In this document: piece after piece, positions 1-9,491 of the stretch | Position numbering within the stretch: the first letter of the stretch is position 1 | Layout: each line of letters begins with the position of its first letter | Virus record (IMG/VR): IMGVR_UViG_3300022934_002729 | Coordinates: 4,870 to 68,869 of that record | DNA: 64,000 nucleotides | DNA from: a virus | Reading direction: 5' to 3' (one strand) | Position numbers and translations under genes: made by a program | Notes under the pieces: model-generated | Told to the model about the DNA's origin: nothing | Databases searched by the model: none | The model's input: the letters and a program-made list of their open reading frames with translations, nothing else

Positions 1-324
1 AGTTGTCAACTGTATCAACGTAGTGCAGATATGTTCTTAGGTGTACCATTTAACATTGCAAGTTACAGTCTACTAACACATATGCTAGCACACATCTGCG
101 AACTAAAAGTCGGAGAGTTTGTTTGGACAGGCGGCGACTGTCACATTTATATGAATCACTTAGAACAAGTACAAGAGCAACTAACAAGAGACGAACGTAA
201 ACTACCTTACTTGTTTATGCCCCCGTTCTGTGATTTAGAAACGTTGTTAAACACACAAACTAAAGATTATAAACTAATCGGTTATGATCCAATGCCAAGT
301 ATTAAAGCACCTATGGCTGTATAA
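1..324 (+). CDS. thyA: Thymidylate synthase, C-terminal part (5' truncated by window)
   Basis: Frame is open from base 1: [22 protein letters not shown]...GDCHIY.NH...IKAPMAV, the ThyA signature motifs and C-terminus. Confidence 0.97.
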   Translation, partial: SCQLYQRSADMFLGVPFNIASYSLLTHMLAHICELKVGEFVWTGGDCHIYMNHLEQVQEQLTRDERKLPYLFMPPFCDLETLLNTQTKDYKLIGYDPMPSIKAPMAV

Positions 325-330
325 TAAATA
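324..330 (+). promoter_or_regulatory. ATAAATA late-promoter-like motif 5 nt upstream of ATG 336
   Basis: ATAAATA-aattt-ATG; the same spacing recurs at several other gene starts; resembles T4 late TATAAATA. Confidence 0.55.
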
Positions 331-335
331 AATTT

Positions 336-890
336 ATGAAGTATTTTACAAAACTGGATTACCCAGAATACGATTTAGAAAATGCTTTAAACAATTTACT
401 AAAAAATAATTTAATAAATTGGCATCATGGACAAATCTGTATCAATGGAGTAAAAGAAGATCCTAGCAATCAAGCAATTGGTTGCGGTAGTTTATATTGG
501 GATTGGGATAATTCATATTATGATGAAAACAATAAACTTGTAGTGCCAAAACGTACCACAATGTATACAGAAAAAGATTTTACTGTTTTTAATCCTACCT
601 TCAATGGAACAGAATTCGAAGAGATGTATAATATGCTTGTACAACATCATGCTGTAGGAAGAATACGTTTAATGAAATCAAAACTAAAAACTTGTCTAAC
701 ATGGCATACAGATGATAGTACAAGAATACATTATCCTATCAAGACACATGAAGGATGTCGTATGGTAATCGACGATGAAGTAATGCATTTACCAGCAAAT
801 ACTTGGTGGCATACCGATACAAAAAAACCACACACTGCGTTTAATGGTAGCACTGATGATAGGATACATCTTGTTGTATGTCTGATATGA
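336..890 (+). CDS. Asp/Asn beta-hydroxylase-like Fe(II)/2OG dioxygenase
   Basis: RIRLM...WHTD (HxD)...RIHYPI...HTAFNGS..DRIHLV double-stranded beta-helix pattern. Confidence 0.8.
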   Translation: MKYFTKLDYPEYDLENALNNLLKNNLINWHHGQICINGVKEDPSNQAIGCGSLYWDWDNSYYDENNKLVVPKRTTMYTEKDFTVFNPTFNGTEFEEMYNMLVQHHAVGRIRLMKSKLKTCLTWHTDDSTRIHYPIKTHEGCRMVIDDEVMHLPANTWWHTDTKKPHTAFNGSTDDRIHLVVCLI

Positions 891-1444
891 ATAAAATTGC
901 ACTAACAGGACACACTAGCGGACTAGGATTTGCTATACACAATCACTTTAAACCCGATTGTGTTTTTTCTAGATCCAATGGTTATGATTTACTCGATAAA
1001 AATAATATTAAAAGCATGTTAAATGCAATACATGATTGTGATATTTTTATTAACAATGCATTTCCTGCAATTTCAGCAGATAGTGTTGAGGGTATGAATA
1101 CACAATTAGATATACTATATAAGGTCTATCAGAAATGGGAAAATCAAAACAACAAGTTGATTATTAATTTAGGATCTAATACAAGTGATGGTATAAAAAA
1201 ACATATTTGGCCATATGCTGCTGCCAAAGCAGCCACTGATAAAGCATGTGAACAATTATCTTATATTAAAGATGGCCCGGCTGTATGTAATTTACGTTTT
1301 GGATATATTGATTTGCCACACATAAACAAGATAGCACCAAATGATAAGAAAATAACAGTCGGTAACGCACTTAATGCTGTGCAGTATATTATTGATACAT
1401 TTAATGAAGGAAATGTAGTTAGAGAACTTACAGTTATTCCATGA
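878..1444 (+). CDS. Compact short-chain dehydrogenase/reductase (SDR)-like protein
   Basis: IALTGHTSGLG Rossmann motif, FINNA, INLGS, YAAAK (YxxxK). Confidence 0.8.
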   Translation: MSDMNKIALTGHTSGLGFAIHNHFKPDCVFSRSNGYDLLDKNNIKSMLNAIHDCDIFINNAFPAISADSVEGMNTQLDILYKVYQKWENQNNKLIINLGSNTSDGIKKHIWPYAAAKAATDKACEQLSYIKDGPAVCNLRFGYIDLPHINKIAPNDKKITVGNALNAVQYIIDTFNEGNVVRELTVIP

Positions 1445-2100
1445 TAGAATTTGATTTACCAAACAAAACATTAGAACAACTTAAAGATTTATCAGTTAAC
1501 GGTAAAGCAAGCAAAATGCATGAACTAAGCATTATTGAAGAACAAGAAAAAATAAAAGAAATTATAAAAAGATTTATTGATACATCAAATTATCATTATG
1601 GTAATTTATTTTCTCATGTTAATCCTTTTACAATACATGCAGATATATCAGATAAAAAACAAACTATAATGCTAATGCCAATATCTGCTGCACCGTCTCA
1701 GCACTTTGTAGTTTTTGATCAAACAATTAATAGTCAAAGTCCTGTAAGTTGGATTTGGAATATATTTGATGATAAAACCGACAAAGAATTAGAAGAAATG
1801 TATTACTTGAGTGCACTAAAAAGTAGACCCTGTGAATATAAAAATATATCAGGATTAACAAATAAACCAATTGACAACGATTTAATGCAACACTTGCCTT
1901 ACAACAAAGACTTTTACTATGGACTAAGCGGAAAAGCATGGCCATATACACCCGGTAAAGCATTAATATTTTCTGCTGTTCATCCACATGCAACTGGTAT
2001 AATGCAATCTCCTAAGATTGGTTGTACTGTACAATTTAATGTACCGTACGATCAAGTTGTACAAGGTCTGAATTCATCAATACAACACAACCAATTTTAA
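1441..2100 (+). CDS. Putative Fe(II)/2OG-type oxygenase (cupin fold)
   Basis: IHAD (HxD)...PGKALIF...HPHATG; paralog of 2036..2725. Confidence 0.55.
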   Translation: MIEFDLPNKTLEQLKDLSVNGKASKMHELSIIEEQEKIKEIIKRFIDTSNYHYGNLFSHVNPFTIHADISDKKQTIMLMPISAAPSQHFVVFDQTINSQSPVSWIWNIFDDKTDKELEEMYYLSALKSRPCEYKNISGLTNKPIDNDLMQHLPYNKDFYYGLSGKAWPYTPGKALIFSAVHPHATGIMQSPKIGCTVQFNVPYDQVVQGLNSSIQHNQF

Positions 2101-2725
2101 ATGCACTCTGTACTGCAGTGCCGTGTATCTGGCTGCTTTTGAATAGTAAGGCAGCACCTGGTCTCCAGTGCCAAGCAATACCAGTTAGTCCATAATAAAA
2201 ATTTTGATTTCCGTATGGCAATAACTTTTGTATGCTGTCAGGTAAAGGTTGATCAGTAATTGCACTTACACCTGGTGTGTCTGCCGGACGCACATCTATT
2301 AATACTTCACTGGGTAAATGATCGTTGTCAGCATCACTGGTACTTTGATCATAATAACCTGCTGGTTTATGTTTTTCGTGTTCTATACTGCCAAGTCTCC
2401 AACTCATACCATGTGATGTAAACTGCTGATCAAATACTAAAAGACGTTGTTCTTGTTCGGTAGTTTTATACAAAGGTACACACAAATTATAAACAGCATT
2501 CTTTTTATATCTGTCTACATGCAATGGTATTGGTTGTGTATGAGCATAGATGTATGCTGTTTCCATTGCAGTGGTGTTCAAATAAGAACCAAATGCACGT
2601 TCACGTAGTTCTGCAGGAACATTCATATAAAACGGATCCACGTGTGTTTCCAAATCAACATGCTCACGCACATAACTCATCAGTGTGTCAATTGTATGCT
2701 GTTGTATTACTATTTCTTGTGTCAT
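2036..2725 (-). CDS. Putative Fe(II)/2OG-type oxygenase (cupin fold)
   Basis: LHVD (HxD)...PGAALLF...IHGT; paralog of 1441..2100. Confidence 0.55.
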   Translation of the reverse strand: MTQEIVIQQHTIDTLMSYVREHVDLETHVDPFYMNVPAELRERAFGSYLNTTAMETAYIYAHTQPIPLHVDRYKKNAVYNLCVPLYKTTEQEQRLLVFDQQFTSHGMSWRLGSIEHEKHKPAGYYDQSTSDADNDHLPSEVLIDVRPADTPGVSAITDQPLPDSIQKLLPYGNQNFYYGLTGIAWHWRPGAALLFKSSQIHGTAVQSAFKIGCVVLMNSDLVQLDRTVH

Positions 2726-3336
2726 TGCGGTAAATCATCAACACCATCTAAACTGAACATCAGTGCAATTCTAGGACGATTGCTCATGTTTATAACTGCA
2801 TGTGGATACCCAATGTTTAGAAAGTATGCATTGCCATCTTCCAAATTGTAGGCTTCTAACTCACCGTCACGTTTAAACAGATTAACAACATTGTTGCCTC
2901 CGTGAATAGGACAGATACAACGTACAGCATAGCTCACATCGTAGTCAACATGAAAAGGAATAATTTTACCCGGTGCAAGTTTTGTAATACGTACACGACT
3001 AGCAGGTGCTTTTAACTGTGTTACAACCTCTTCAAAGTAGCTGCCTGTATATTGCTCTGTAGGAACATTATACAGGTGTTCTTCACGTCTACGTAATCGT
3101 TCTTTAATACTGGCTTCGTATGGTAATATTTCGCTAGGTGTTGTCAAATTGATCTGTTCAAAGTTGTCATAAACATTTTCTACCAGTTCCATGTGATTGT
3201 CACACAGCATAGGATTAGCACTTCTAACATCAGTATAGCTTTCTGCTAGTGCATCTGCTGCACTGCGTAAACGTTCTAGATCAATGTCTAAGTCGAAATT
3301 GTGTATAGTGGGCAGTTGATGCTTTTTTAAACTCAT
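2722..3336 (-). CDS. Asp/Asn beta-hydroxylase-like Fe(II)/2OG dioxygenase
   Basis: RVRITKLAPG..IPFHVD...HAVINMSNRPRIAL; AGGAG RBS upstream. Confidence 0.8.
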   Translation of the reverse strand: MSLKKHQLPTIHNFDLDIDLERLRSAADALAESYTDVRSANPMLCDNHMELVENVYDNFEQINLTTPSEILPYEASIKERLRRREEHLYNVPTEQYTGSYFEEVVTQLKAPASRVRITKLAPGKIIPFHVDYDVSYAVRCICPIHGGNNVVNLFKRDGELEAYNLEDGNAYFLNIGYPHAVINMSNRPRIALMFSLDGVDDLPQ

Positions 3337-3353
3337 AATATTCTCCTACTTGA

Positions 3354-3360
3354 TATTTAT
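3354..3360 (-). promoter_or_regulatory. ATAAATA late-promoter-like motif followed by AGGAG RBS
   Basis: Minus strand reads ATAAATAtcaagtAGGAGaatattATG(3336). Confidence 0.5.
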
Positions 3361-4790
3361 TCTAGTCGTCTTTTCAATTTGTATTCAAAAAAGTTTTCGT
3401 CATCGTGTATGTTTATTAGGTTATATCCAATGTGTTCACAGGTTTCTCTGAGATGTTTTGCACGTTCAACACGTTTTTCAAATGTCAAATCTGGAACAAC
3501 AGTGCTTACCCATTCTGATTCTGTGTTGTCATCAAAACGATACAAATGACTCAACTTATCTGTTAGAGGCGTATTGTCCAGTAGTCGTAGTGTTTTTCCG
3601 ATGGTAATATCTATACCGTGTTTATAGTAACTGTATTTGTGCAATAAGTCAATGCTTTTTTGATGATCGTCGTCGGTTTCTGTTGGATACCCGACTAAAA
3701 ACATCAGCTGTATTCTTATATCATTCTTGGCACATTGATCCAATGTATAAATCATATCTTCTTCGGTAAATCCCTTGATGATATCGTTTCGTACTTTTTC
3801 ACTTCCGCTTTCAATACCAATACTAACAGAGTGACCGCCTGCTTTTTTCATATTAACAAAATCTTCCGGAGGCATTTGTGTTTTTGATCTACATATGAAT
3901 TGACCACTCCAGGTTATATCGCTATTGTATTCAACCATTGTACTGCATAAATCACGAAATGCTTTCATACTTCCGTTGATCAAACTGTCCATAAATCTGT
4001 AAGAAGTTACTCCAAACTTTTCTTTATTGTTGATCATTTCTTGTGCAATGTTTTCTCCAGTTCTAAATCTATAAGTTGGCCATATTGCTGCAACATTGCA
4101 AAAAGTACATTTTCGTACACATCCTCTGCTTCCAACAATAGGAATAGAAATCTGTGAACTTTGGTAATGTGGAAAGTCTTTGAAAAAATCTTCGTAGTTA
4201 GGATATGCTATACTGTTTAAGTCATTCAATGAGGTTTTGTTTTCTTTGTTGTTTACACTAGGATGATCTTTGCCTTGCAATATATATTGTATAGCTTCTT
4301 CCCCTTCGCCGTATACAGCATATTTTGCTAGTTTGTTGTTTAAAAAATATTCACCTACATCTGCACTTCCTATGCCAGTGTCTTCAGTACCGTTACCGCC
4401 TACGATTACTTCAACTGTTGGATAAAGTTCTTTTATAATTTTTGAAAAGATTATACCTGGATAGATATTATAAACACTGAAAAGTCCGATGCCAATTCGT
4501 TTGCAGTTATCAAACGTATCTTTGTAAAGATGAATATAAGTTCTAAAAAATTGGTCTGCTTGTTGATGAGCTTCACACGAACTGTCCATATTCTCGATAT
4601 TGTGTTGCATGAAATAGTTTATCATTGGTTGTAGATCGATGTCCTGATTTTGTATCCACACGTTTAAATCTTTAGCAACACTGCTAAACCCAACCTGTTC
4701 AGCAGCAGCTTTTATATAATAGATACCAGGAGTAGGACTAGGACTGAATATTTCAACCACAGGCATACTAACTACAACCAAGTCAATCAT
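3357..4790 (-). CDS. Cobalamin (B12)-binding radical SAM protein (class B methyltransferase-like)
   Basis: N-terminal B12-binding-like domain (VIVGG, VYGEGE), SRGCVRKCTFC, GIESGS, FLVGYPTET. Confidence 0.9.
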   Translation of the reverse strand: MIDLVVVSMPVVEIFSPSPTPGIYYIKAAAEQVGFSSVAKDLNVWIQNQDIDLQPMINYFMQHNIENMDSSCEAHQQADQFFRTYIHLYKDTFDNCKRIGIGLFSVYNIYPGIIFSKIIKELYPTVEVIVGGNGTEDTGIGSADVGEYFLNNKLAKYAVYGEGEEAIQYILQGKDHPSVNNKENKTSLNDLNSIAYPNYEDFFKDFPHYQSSQISIPIVGSRGCVRKCTFCNVAAIWPTYRFRTGENIAQEMINNKEKFGVTSYRFMDSLINGSMKAFRDLCSTMVEYNSDITWSGQFICRSKTQMPPEDFVNMKKAGGHSVSIGIESGSEKVRNDIIKGFTEEDMIYTLDQCAKNDIRIQLMFLVGYPTETDDDHQKSIDLLHKYSYYKHGIDITIGKTLRLLDNTPLTDKLSHLYRFDDNTESEWVSTVVPDLTFEKRVERAKHLRETCEHIGYNLINIHDDENFFEYKLKRRLE

Positions 4791-5406
4791 GATTGTATTC
4801 CTGAAACTTTTGTTTTATTTCTTCAATATTTGTAAAATACGATTCATAGTCTACAAGCCGTGATAATTGCCTGTGTATTTTACTTGTAAACGTTAAGTCT
4901 TCATAATATACAACAGTGCCTTCACAACTGTTTAACAGTTTCAATATATAGAAAAATTGTTCTAAACTACGAGTATAATCATAATCAATCCAGTTAGATT
5001 TTATATTGTTTGTATAGCTATCATCACCAATCTCTACTCCTGCAGTCGACCATTGATTGCAATCTTGAAACAAAAAACTTAAAAACCAACGCCAGCGATC
5101 TCGACGTTTTAGTACAAGAACATGATCATCTTTATAAAAGTCCGTGAACCATGTGTTGTAATAATCCTGTTTTGGTGTTATAAGATAATTTATATGATGC
5201 TTGAATGTGTACTCACGTCCTTGTTCACGCTCATTGTTGAGCCATGCTATTTTAGTTGCTGTATCCCATTCGCTTTTAATGTCGGGATTCAAAAACTCTG
5301 CTTTGTCATGTGGCTTGTACACATTGGGTAACTGTAGATTTTCACGATCAATGTGTTCGTAATAGTAACTGCTTCCTGCACGTGGTGCACTTAACAACAC
5401 CTTCAT
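4783..5406 (-). CDS. Sulfotransferase-like P-loop protein
   Basis: N-terminal LSAPRAGSSY (PAPS 5'-phosphosulfate loop), LKRRD...S (3'-phosphate site), YYEDL. Confidence 0.6.
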   Translation of the reverse strand: MKVLLSAPRAGSSYYYEHIDRENLQLPNVYKPHDKAEFLNPDIKSEWDTATKIAWLNNEREQGREYTFKHHINYLITPKQDYYNTWFTDFYKDDHVLVLKRRDRWRWFLSFLFQDCNQWSTAGVEIGDDSYTNNIKSNWIDYDYTRSLEQFFYILKLLNSCEGTVVYYEDLTFTSKIHRQLSRLVDYESYFTNIEEIKQKFQEYNHD

Positions 5407-6005
5407 AGATATTCCTCAGCAGGCACAATCAAGTTGCTTTTTGGTTGCCATACAAAGTCTGGATTTTGTAATCTAATACTATAAACATACTGTACAATAG
5501 GCCCAGTTTTAAATAAGAAATCTTTTTCTAATTCTAAACTATTATACCATTCACCTTGTGTCCATTCATTGAAACTACTAACTGTCATACGTTTTTTACG
5601 CTGATACAGTGCATTGATTGCACGTTTTGTAATATCGTGTGTCACATAAAGTATTTCAAATCCGTGTTCTCTGGCCCATGGTATTTGCAATTCTCCCATG
5701 CGTAATCCACAGTGAGTAAATCTATAATCTTTAAGTATATGATATCTACATATTCTTACTGCAGTATCGGGATCATTTGTATAATGACTACGTTCTGCTG
5801 CACTAATAGATATAAGTTTATCTTCTACAAAGCACATCCATGTTTCAATATTAGGATCATCTGGGTCATACGATCTTGCTTTGTATTTTTTTAAACTATC
5901 GTTACCTTCTTCTATACTTTTTTTTGCAAATTCCCAAATTTTATCACGATAACTATCTGGATCTTCGCTGTATCTATAAATTGAAATGTTCGGTTGTGAT
6001 TGCAT
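5403..6005 (-). CDS. GNAT-like acyltransferase (putative)
   Basis: RICRYHILKDYRFTHCG resembles GNAT motif A; AREHG..LYVT...AINALY. Confidence 0.45.
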   Translation of the reverse strand: MQSQPNISIYRYSEDPDSYRDKIWEFAKKSIEEGNDSLKKYKARSYDPDDPNIETWMCFVEDKLISISAAERSHYTNDPDTAVRICRYHILKDYRFTHCGLRMGELQIPWAREHGFEILYVTHDITKRAINALYQRKKRMTVSSFNEWTQGEWYNSLELEKDFLFKTGPIVQYVYSIRLQNPDFVWQPKSNLIVPAEEYL

Positions 6006-6768
6006 ATTCTTTATATTTGTTCCAACTTTGTTCTAGTAATTCATGCCATTTAGATAAATTATAAACACCGTGTATTACTAACTGTACTCTCTCACGCATT
6101 TCAAAACCTCTGTTAACACCATGTTCAAACACTGCACCATCATATGCAAATGCATTTGTCTCAGGTGGTAGCATTGGATATATTTGTGTAGCATCACTAT
6201 CTCTAGTCATATAGAAATGTTCATTTCGCCAATCAGTAACACGACTCCATCTGAAATGTAAATGACTAGGTGCTTGTGCTTTTAGTACATCACTTATTGC
6301 TAGTTCTTCATCATAATGGCAAGGAATGGCCTGAGGAGATTGTACAAAAAATGCTTGGTGAATTGTGTCAAATGGAAGTGTTTCGATATATTCGATAATA
6401 TGAGGTAACTCTTGTTTTGCAAAATCATACCAGTCTGGATTTGCTCCTGCTTGTCCACACATGTTTGGTTTTAAAAATGTTAGTTGCCCAACATTTTTAG
6501 TTTGATAATAATATTCCTGTAATACAGGATCTTCTGCTAGGTTGGCAACATGGTCCATATCTACATCTAAATAAGGTAAATCTATAGGTGTCCATACCAT
6601 ATCACGATAGCCGTTGTATTCATCATTCAATGATAGGTATTCGTATGAAGGTCTGTCTACTTTAATTAAACTGCCTGGATCATCATTTATATAACGCCTG
6701 ACCGGCTCGCCGTTTTCATGATAATCAATTTTATTATGAACCACACGAAAGTTATCTGTATTGTACAT
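5974..6768 (-). CDS. Putative Fe(II)/2OG oxygenase
   Basis: IPCHYD (HxD)...FEHGV...RVQLVIHG. Confidence 0.6.
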   Translation of the reverse strand: MYNTDNFRVVHNKIDYHENGEPVRRYINDDPGSLIKVDRPSYEYLSLNDEYNGYRDMVWTPIDLPYLDVDMDHVANLAEDPVLQEYYYQTKNVGQLTFLKPNMCGQAGANPDWYDFAKQELPHIIEYIETLPFDTIHQAFFVQSPQAIPCHYDEELAISDVLKAQAPSHLHFRWSRVTDWRNEHFYMTRDSDATQIYPMLPPETNAFAYDGAVFEHGVNRGFEMRERVQLVIHGVYNLSKWHELLEQSWNKYKEYAITTEHFNL

Positions 6769-7243
6769 CTAATATTGTCCTATGTCCTACAGGTATGTTT
6801 AAATCAAAATCATACCTGGTATGCTCGTACTTATTAAAATAATCTAAATCAGTATACGGCAATTCTTCTGTGTTTTTATTATTTACTTCATGTACAATAG
6901 CACGTTTTGTATTATAAAAATTACAAATATGTTCGAACATAGAAATTGGATCTTTACTATATATTAAAACACTACTAAAAATTACCACATCCGTTGATAT
7001 GAAAAGCAAATCATCCCAATCTCTGACTTCAAATTTGTGCTGCGGATATTTTTTCTGTGCATACGCAATTGGTTCTTTGCTAGTATCAAATCCATAATAA
7101 AAGTAATCGTGATTATTAAGATAACGATTTATTTCTCCAGTACGACATCCTACGTCAACTAAACATTTGCAGTTATTGCTGCGAACAATTTCTGCTTGTT
7201 TTTTATATAATACACTTGCCTCAGAACTATCTAAATAGTTCAT
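6752..7243 (-). CDS. Class I SAM-dependent methyltransferase (probable start ATG 7243)
   Basis: LVDVGCRTG motif I, GFDTS, DVVIFSSVLIY; ATG 7243 follows the upstream stop at 7248. Confidence 0.8.
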   Translation of the reverse strand: MNYLDSSEASVLYKKQAEIVRSNNCKCLVDVGCRTGEINRYLNNHDYFYYGFDTSKEPIAYAQKKYPQHKFEVRDWDDLLFISTDVVIFSSVLIYSKDPISMFEHICNFYNTKRAIVHEVNNKNTEELPYTDLDYFNKYEHTRYDFDLNIPVGHRTILDVQYR

Positions 7244-7247
7244 ATCT

Positions 7248-8069
7248 TCAATAGTGTAATTCTTCTGTAGGTGTGATGTGTTGATAATCACAAGCAATTC
7301 TCCAAAGCAACCTATTTCTATCTAGTACAGGTGTACGTCTATGTAACGTAGTAAATTGATCCATTAATAATAAATCTCCACGTTTAAAAATATGATGATA
7401 TTGATGTTTGCTTTTAAAAATAATAGGCATAAGTTTTTGAATCATTTCTTCATGATCTATTTTCTTTTTACCCTCCCAAGCACCTACAATAAAATGATAA
7501 GGAAAATAAAAATAACTTTTACCAGTGTGCGGATGTTCTCCTACAAGAGATCTAATACTGCCTCTATTTTTACTCATAAATTCTAATTCAGGATCATCAT
7601 CATCTAAATGATACATAGTATTGTTTTGGAATTTTATTTTAATTTTAATACTTTTCCAATACTCTTGTTCATCTTTAGATAATTCATAAAAAGGATCACT
7701 GGTGTTACATATGCTTAATGTTGTATTAATATCTTCCTCGATACAATATAATCCAATAACAATTTTATCTATTAGGTGTCTACTATTACCATTACTGTGC
7801 CACCCGAGTTCTGTATCTCCGAACATACCAATTTTGTTTCCATCGTCGTCACGTTTTCCAGTAACTAAAAATATTTCAGGATATTTTTTTGGATTCATAA
7901 ACAAGTCAGGTGCTTCGCATTCACCAAACTTTTTCATTGTTTTAATGTAATCATTTTCAGTTAAATTTTGTTCGTGAAATACAGTCATACCAACATTTTG
8001 CAATTCATTTGCAATAAATTGTAAATCATCTATCTTAGTAATATCATCTATTCTTCTATTAGGTTGCAT
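7248..8069 (-). CDS. TauD/TfdA-family dioxygenase
   Basis: LGWHSNG, HPHTGK, HIFKRGDLLLMDQFTTLHRR, RLLWR: TauD pattern. Confidence 0.85.
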   Translation of the reverse strand: MQPNRRIDDITKIDDLQFIANELQNVGMTVFHEQNLTENDYIKTMKKFGECEAPDLFMNPKKYPEIFLVTGKRDDDGNKIGMFGDTELGWHSNGNSRHLIDKIVIGLYCIEEDINTTLSICNTSDPFYELSKDEQEYWKSIKIKIKFQNNTMYHLDDDDPELEFMSKNRGSIRSLVGEHPHTGKSYFYFPYHFIVGAWEGKKKIDHEEMIQKLMPIIFKSKHQYHHIFKRGDLLLMDQFTTLHRRTPVLDRNRLLWRIACDYQHITPTEELHY

Positions 8070-8838
8070 GATACTGCTCCTTGATTAAATCAGCAATACA
8101 TAATCTATTTGTGTAATTACGTTTAAACTTACTATAACACAAATCATCAGAAGTTGCAAGCCAAATTGCATCACTAGGGGTTAAATCTAATTCATTACAT
8201 ATACTTAATTGATATGGTTTAAGTGTATTATAAACTAAATCGCTATCTATGTTTTGCATTAAATGTTCTCCTAAACCCATACTATAATAGTTATAATACT
8301 TGGCACTAGTATGCAACGGTTCTAGTCTTTTGTCAGGTGTACGACTCCAATAATATCCAATTCTATAATTACGCAAGCCAAAGCATTTACTAAAACTAAA
8401 AAATACACGTTCTACATTACTTGATATATCAATATACTTTTTTTCTGTACTTAACAAATATGCTAAATCTAAAACAACTGGTATATCCGTTGGAATTGTA
8501 CAATAATTACCGTCATAACTTGTCGGATTACTAAGATATAAAACTTCCCCAGTTTCTTTACCAGTAACCCATTGATAGTCGTCTGCAGCCATTTTAATTG
8601 AACGCTTTTCTTGCCACATCCAATAATTAAGTCCTTCAGTAATACCATTTAATGGATAAAAATAATCAAAGTCACTTAAATCGCAATATGGTTTTAAGTA
8701 ATCAACAATTTGGCTTTGATGTTTATGTACTGCAGTATGATTATTAAATTTGTAAGATTCTACTGTACGTTCTATTTCTCGAATAGGAAACGTACGAATA
8801 GCAAGACTTTGATTTAATATTTTTTGAATTTTTTCCAT
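8059..8838 (-). CDS. PLP-dependent aminotransferase-like enzyme (fold type I, compact)
   Basis: LSNP, VVLDLAY, SFSKCFGLRNYRIGY (PLP lysine motif as in class I/II aminotransferases). Confidence 0.75.
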   Translation of the reverse strand: MEKIQKILNQSLAIRTFPIREIERTVESYKFNNHTAVHKHQSQIVDYLKPYCDLSDFDYFYPLNGITEGLNYWMWQEKRSIKMAADDYQWVTGKETGEVLYLSNPTSYDGNYCTIPTDIPVVLDLAYLLSTEKKYIDISSNVERVFFSFSKCFGLRNYRIGYYWSRTPDKRLEPLHTSAKYYNYYSMGLGEHLMQNIDSDLVYNTLKPYQLSICNELDLTPSDAIWLATSDDLCYSKFKRNYTNRLCIADLIKEQYHAT

Positions 8839-8840
8839 GA

Positions 8841-9491
8841 TTATACGGTTTTAAAAATGCCAACTTGTATTAATTTTTGTGCAATCCAGCCACCTGTGTC
8901 GTATTTGTGCAATCTTATTTTTCTAAAATTACTGTGATGTTCTCTGTGAAAACCTTCTCCAGCAATTAAAAAATTTAACCACCAAACATTTGAACCGCCG
9001 TCTTCTTTGTGTCCAACTGTATTAAGTAAACCAAAACCTAGTTTTGCATGTATAAACGGCATAAGTGCAAATGCTACAAAAAACTTAAAACTTATTAGTA
9101 AACTTATTATCCATACTGCAACTACTATTTTGAACCAGTGATTGTGACAAAATACTAATCTTGGATTAGCATACAAATCTTTTGCATACTTTATAGGTAT
9201 ACGAGGTATGTCCCATGTTGTTAGTAATACTTTCCAATAACCAATATACTTTGAACTATGTGGATCGTGTTCGGTATCGCTATGTGCATGATGCATTCTA
9301 TGACTAGCGATCCATCCGATTGGCGAACGTATTACTGCAATCATAAGCATTGCAAGCCCAATAGTTTCAAACCATACAGGCACTCGAAATTGATTATGAC
9401 AGTAGTAACGATGTAATAGTATACTCGCACCCCAATGAGAAATCAGTGTTCCCCATAGGTATCCAATTGCTATTACCCAAATCCAATCCAT
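8841..9491 (-). CDS. Membrane fatty-acid desaturase (delta-9/DesC-like)
   Basis: Three His boxes HRYYCH, HRMHH, HREHH; DPHS; GEGFH; hydrophobic segments. Confidence 0.9.
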   Translation of the reverse strand: MDWIWVIAIGYLWGTLISHWGASILLHRYYCHNQFRVPVWFETIGLAMLMIAVIRSPIGWIASHRMHHAHSDTEHDPHSSKYIGYWKVLLTTWDIPRIPIKYAKDLYANPRLVFCHNHWFKIVVAVWIISLLISFKFFVAFALMPFIHAKLGFGLLNTVGHKEDGGSNVWWLNFLIAGEGFHREHHSNFRKIRLHKYDTGGWIAQKLIQVGIFKTV

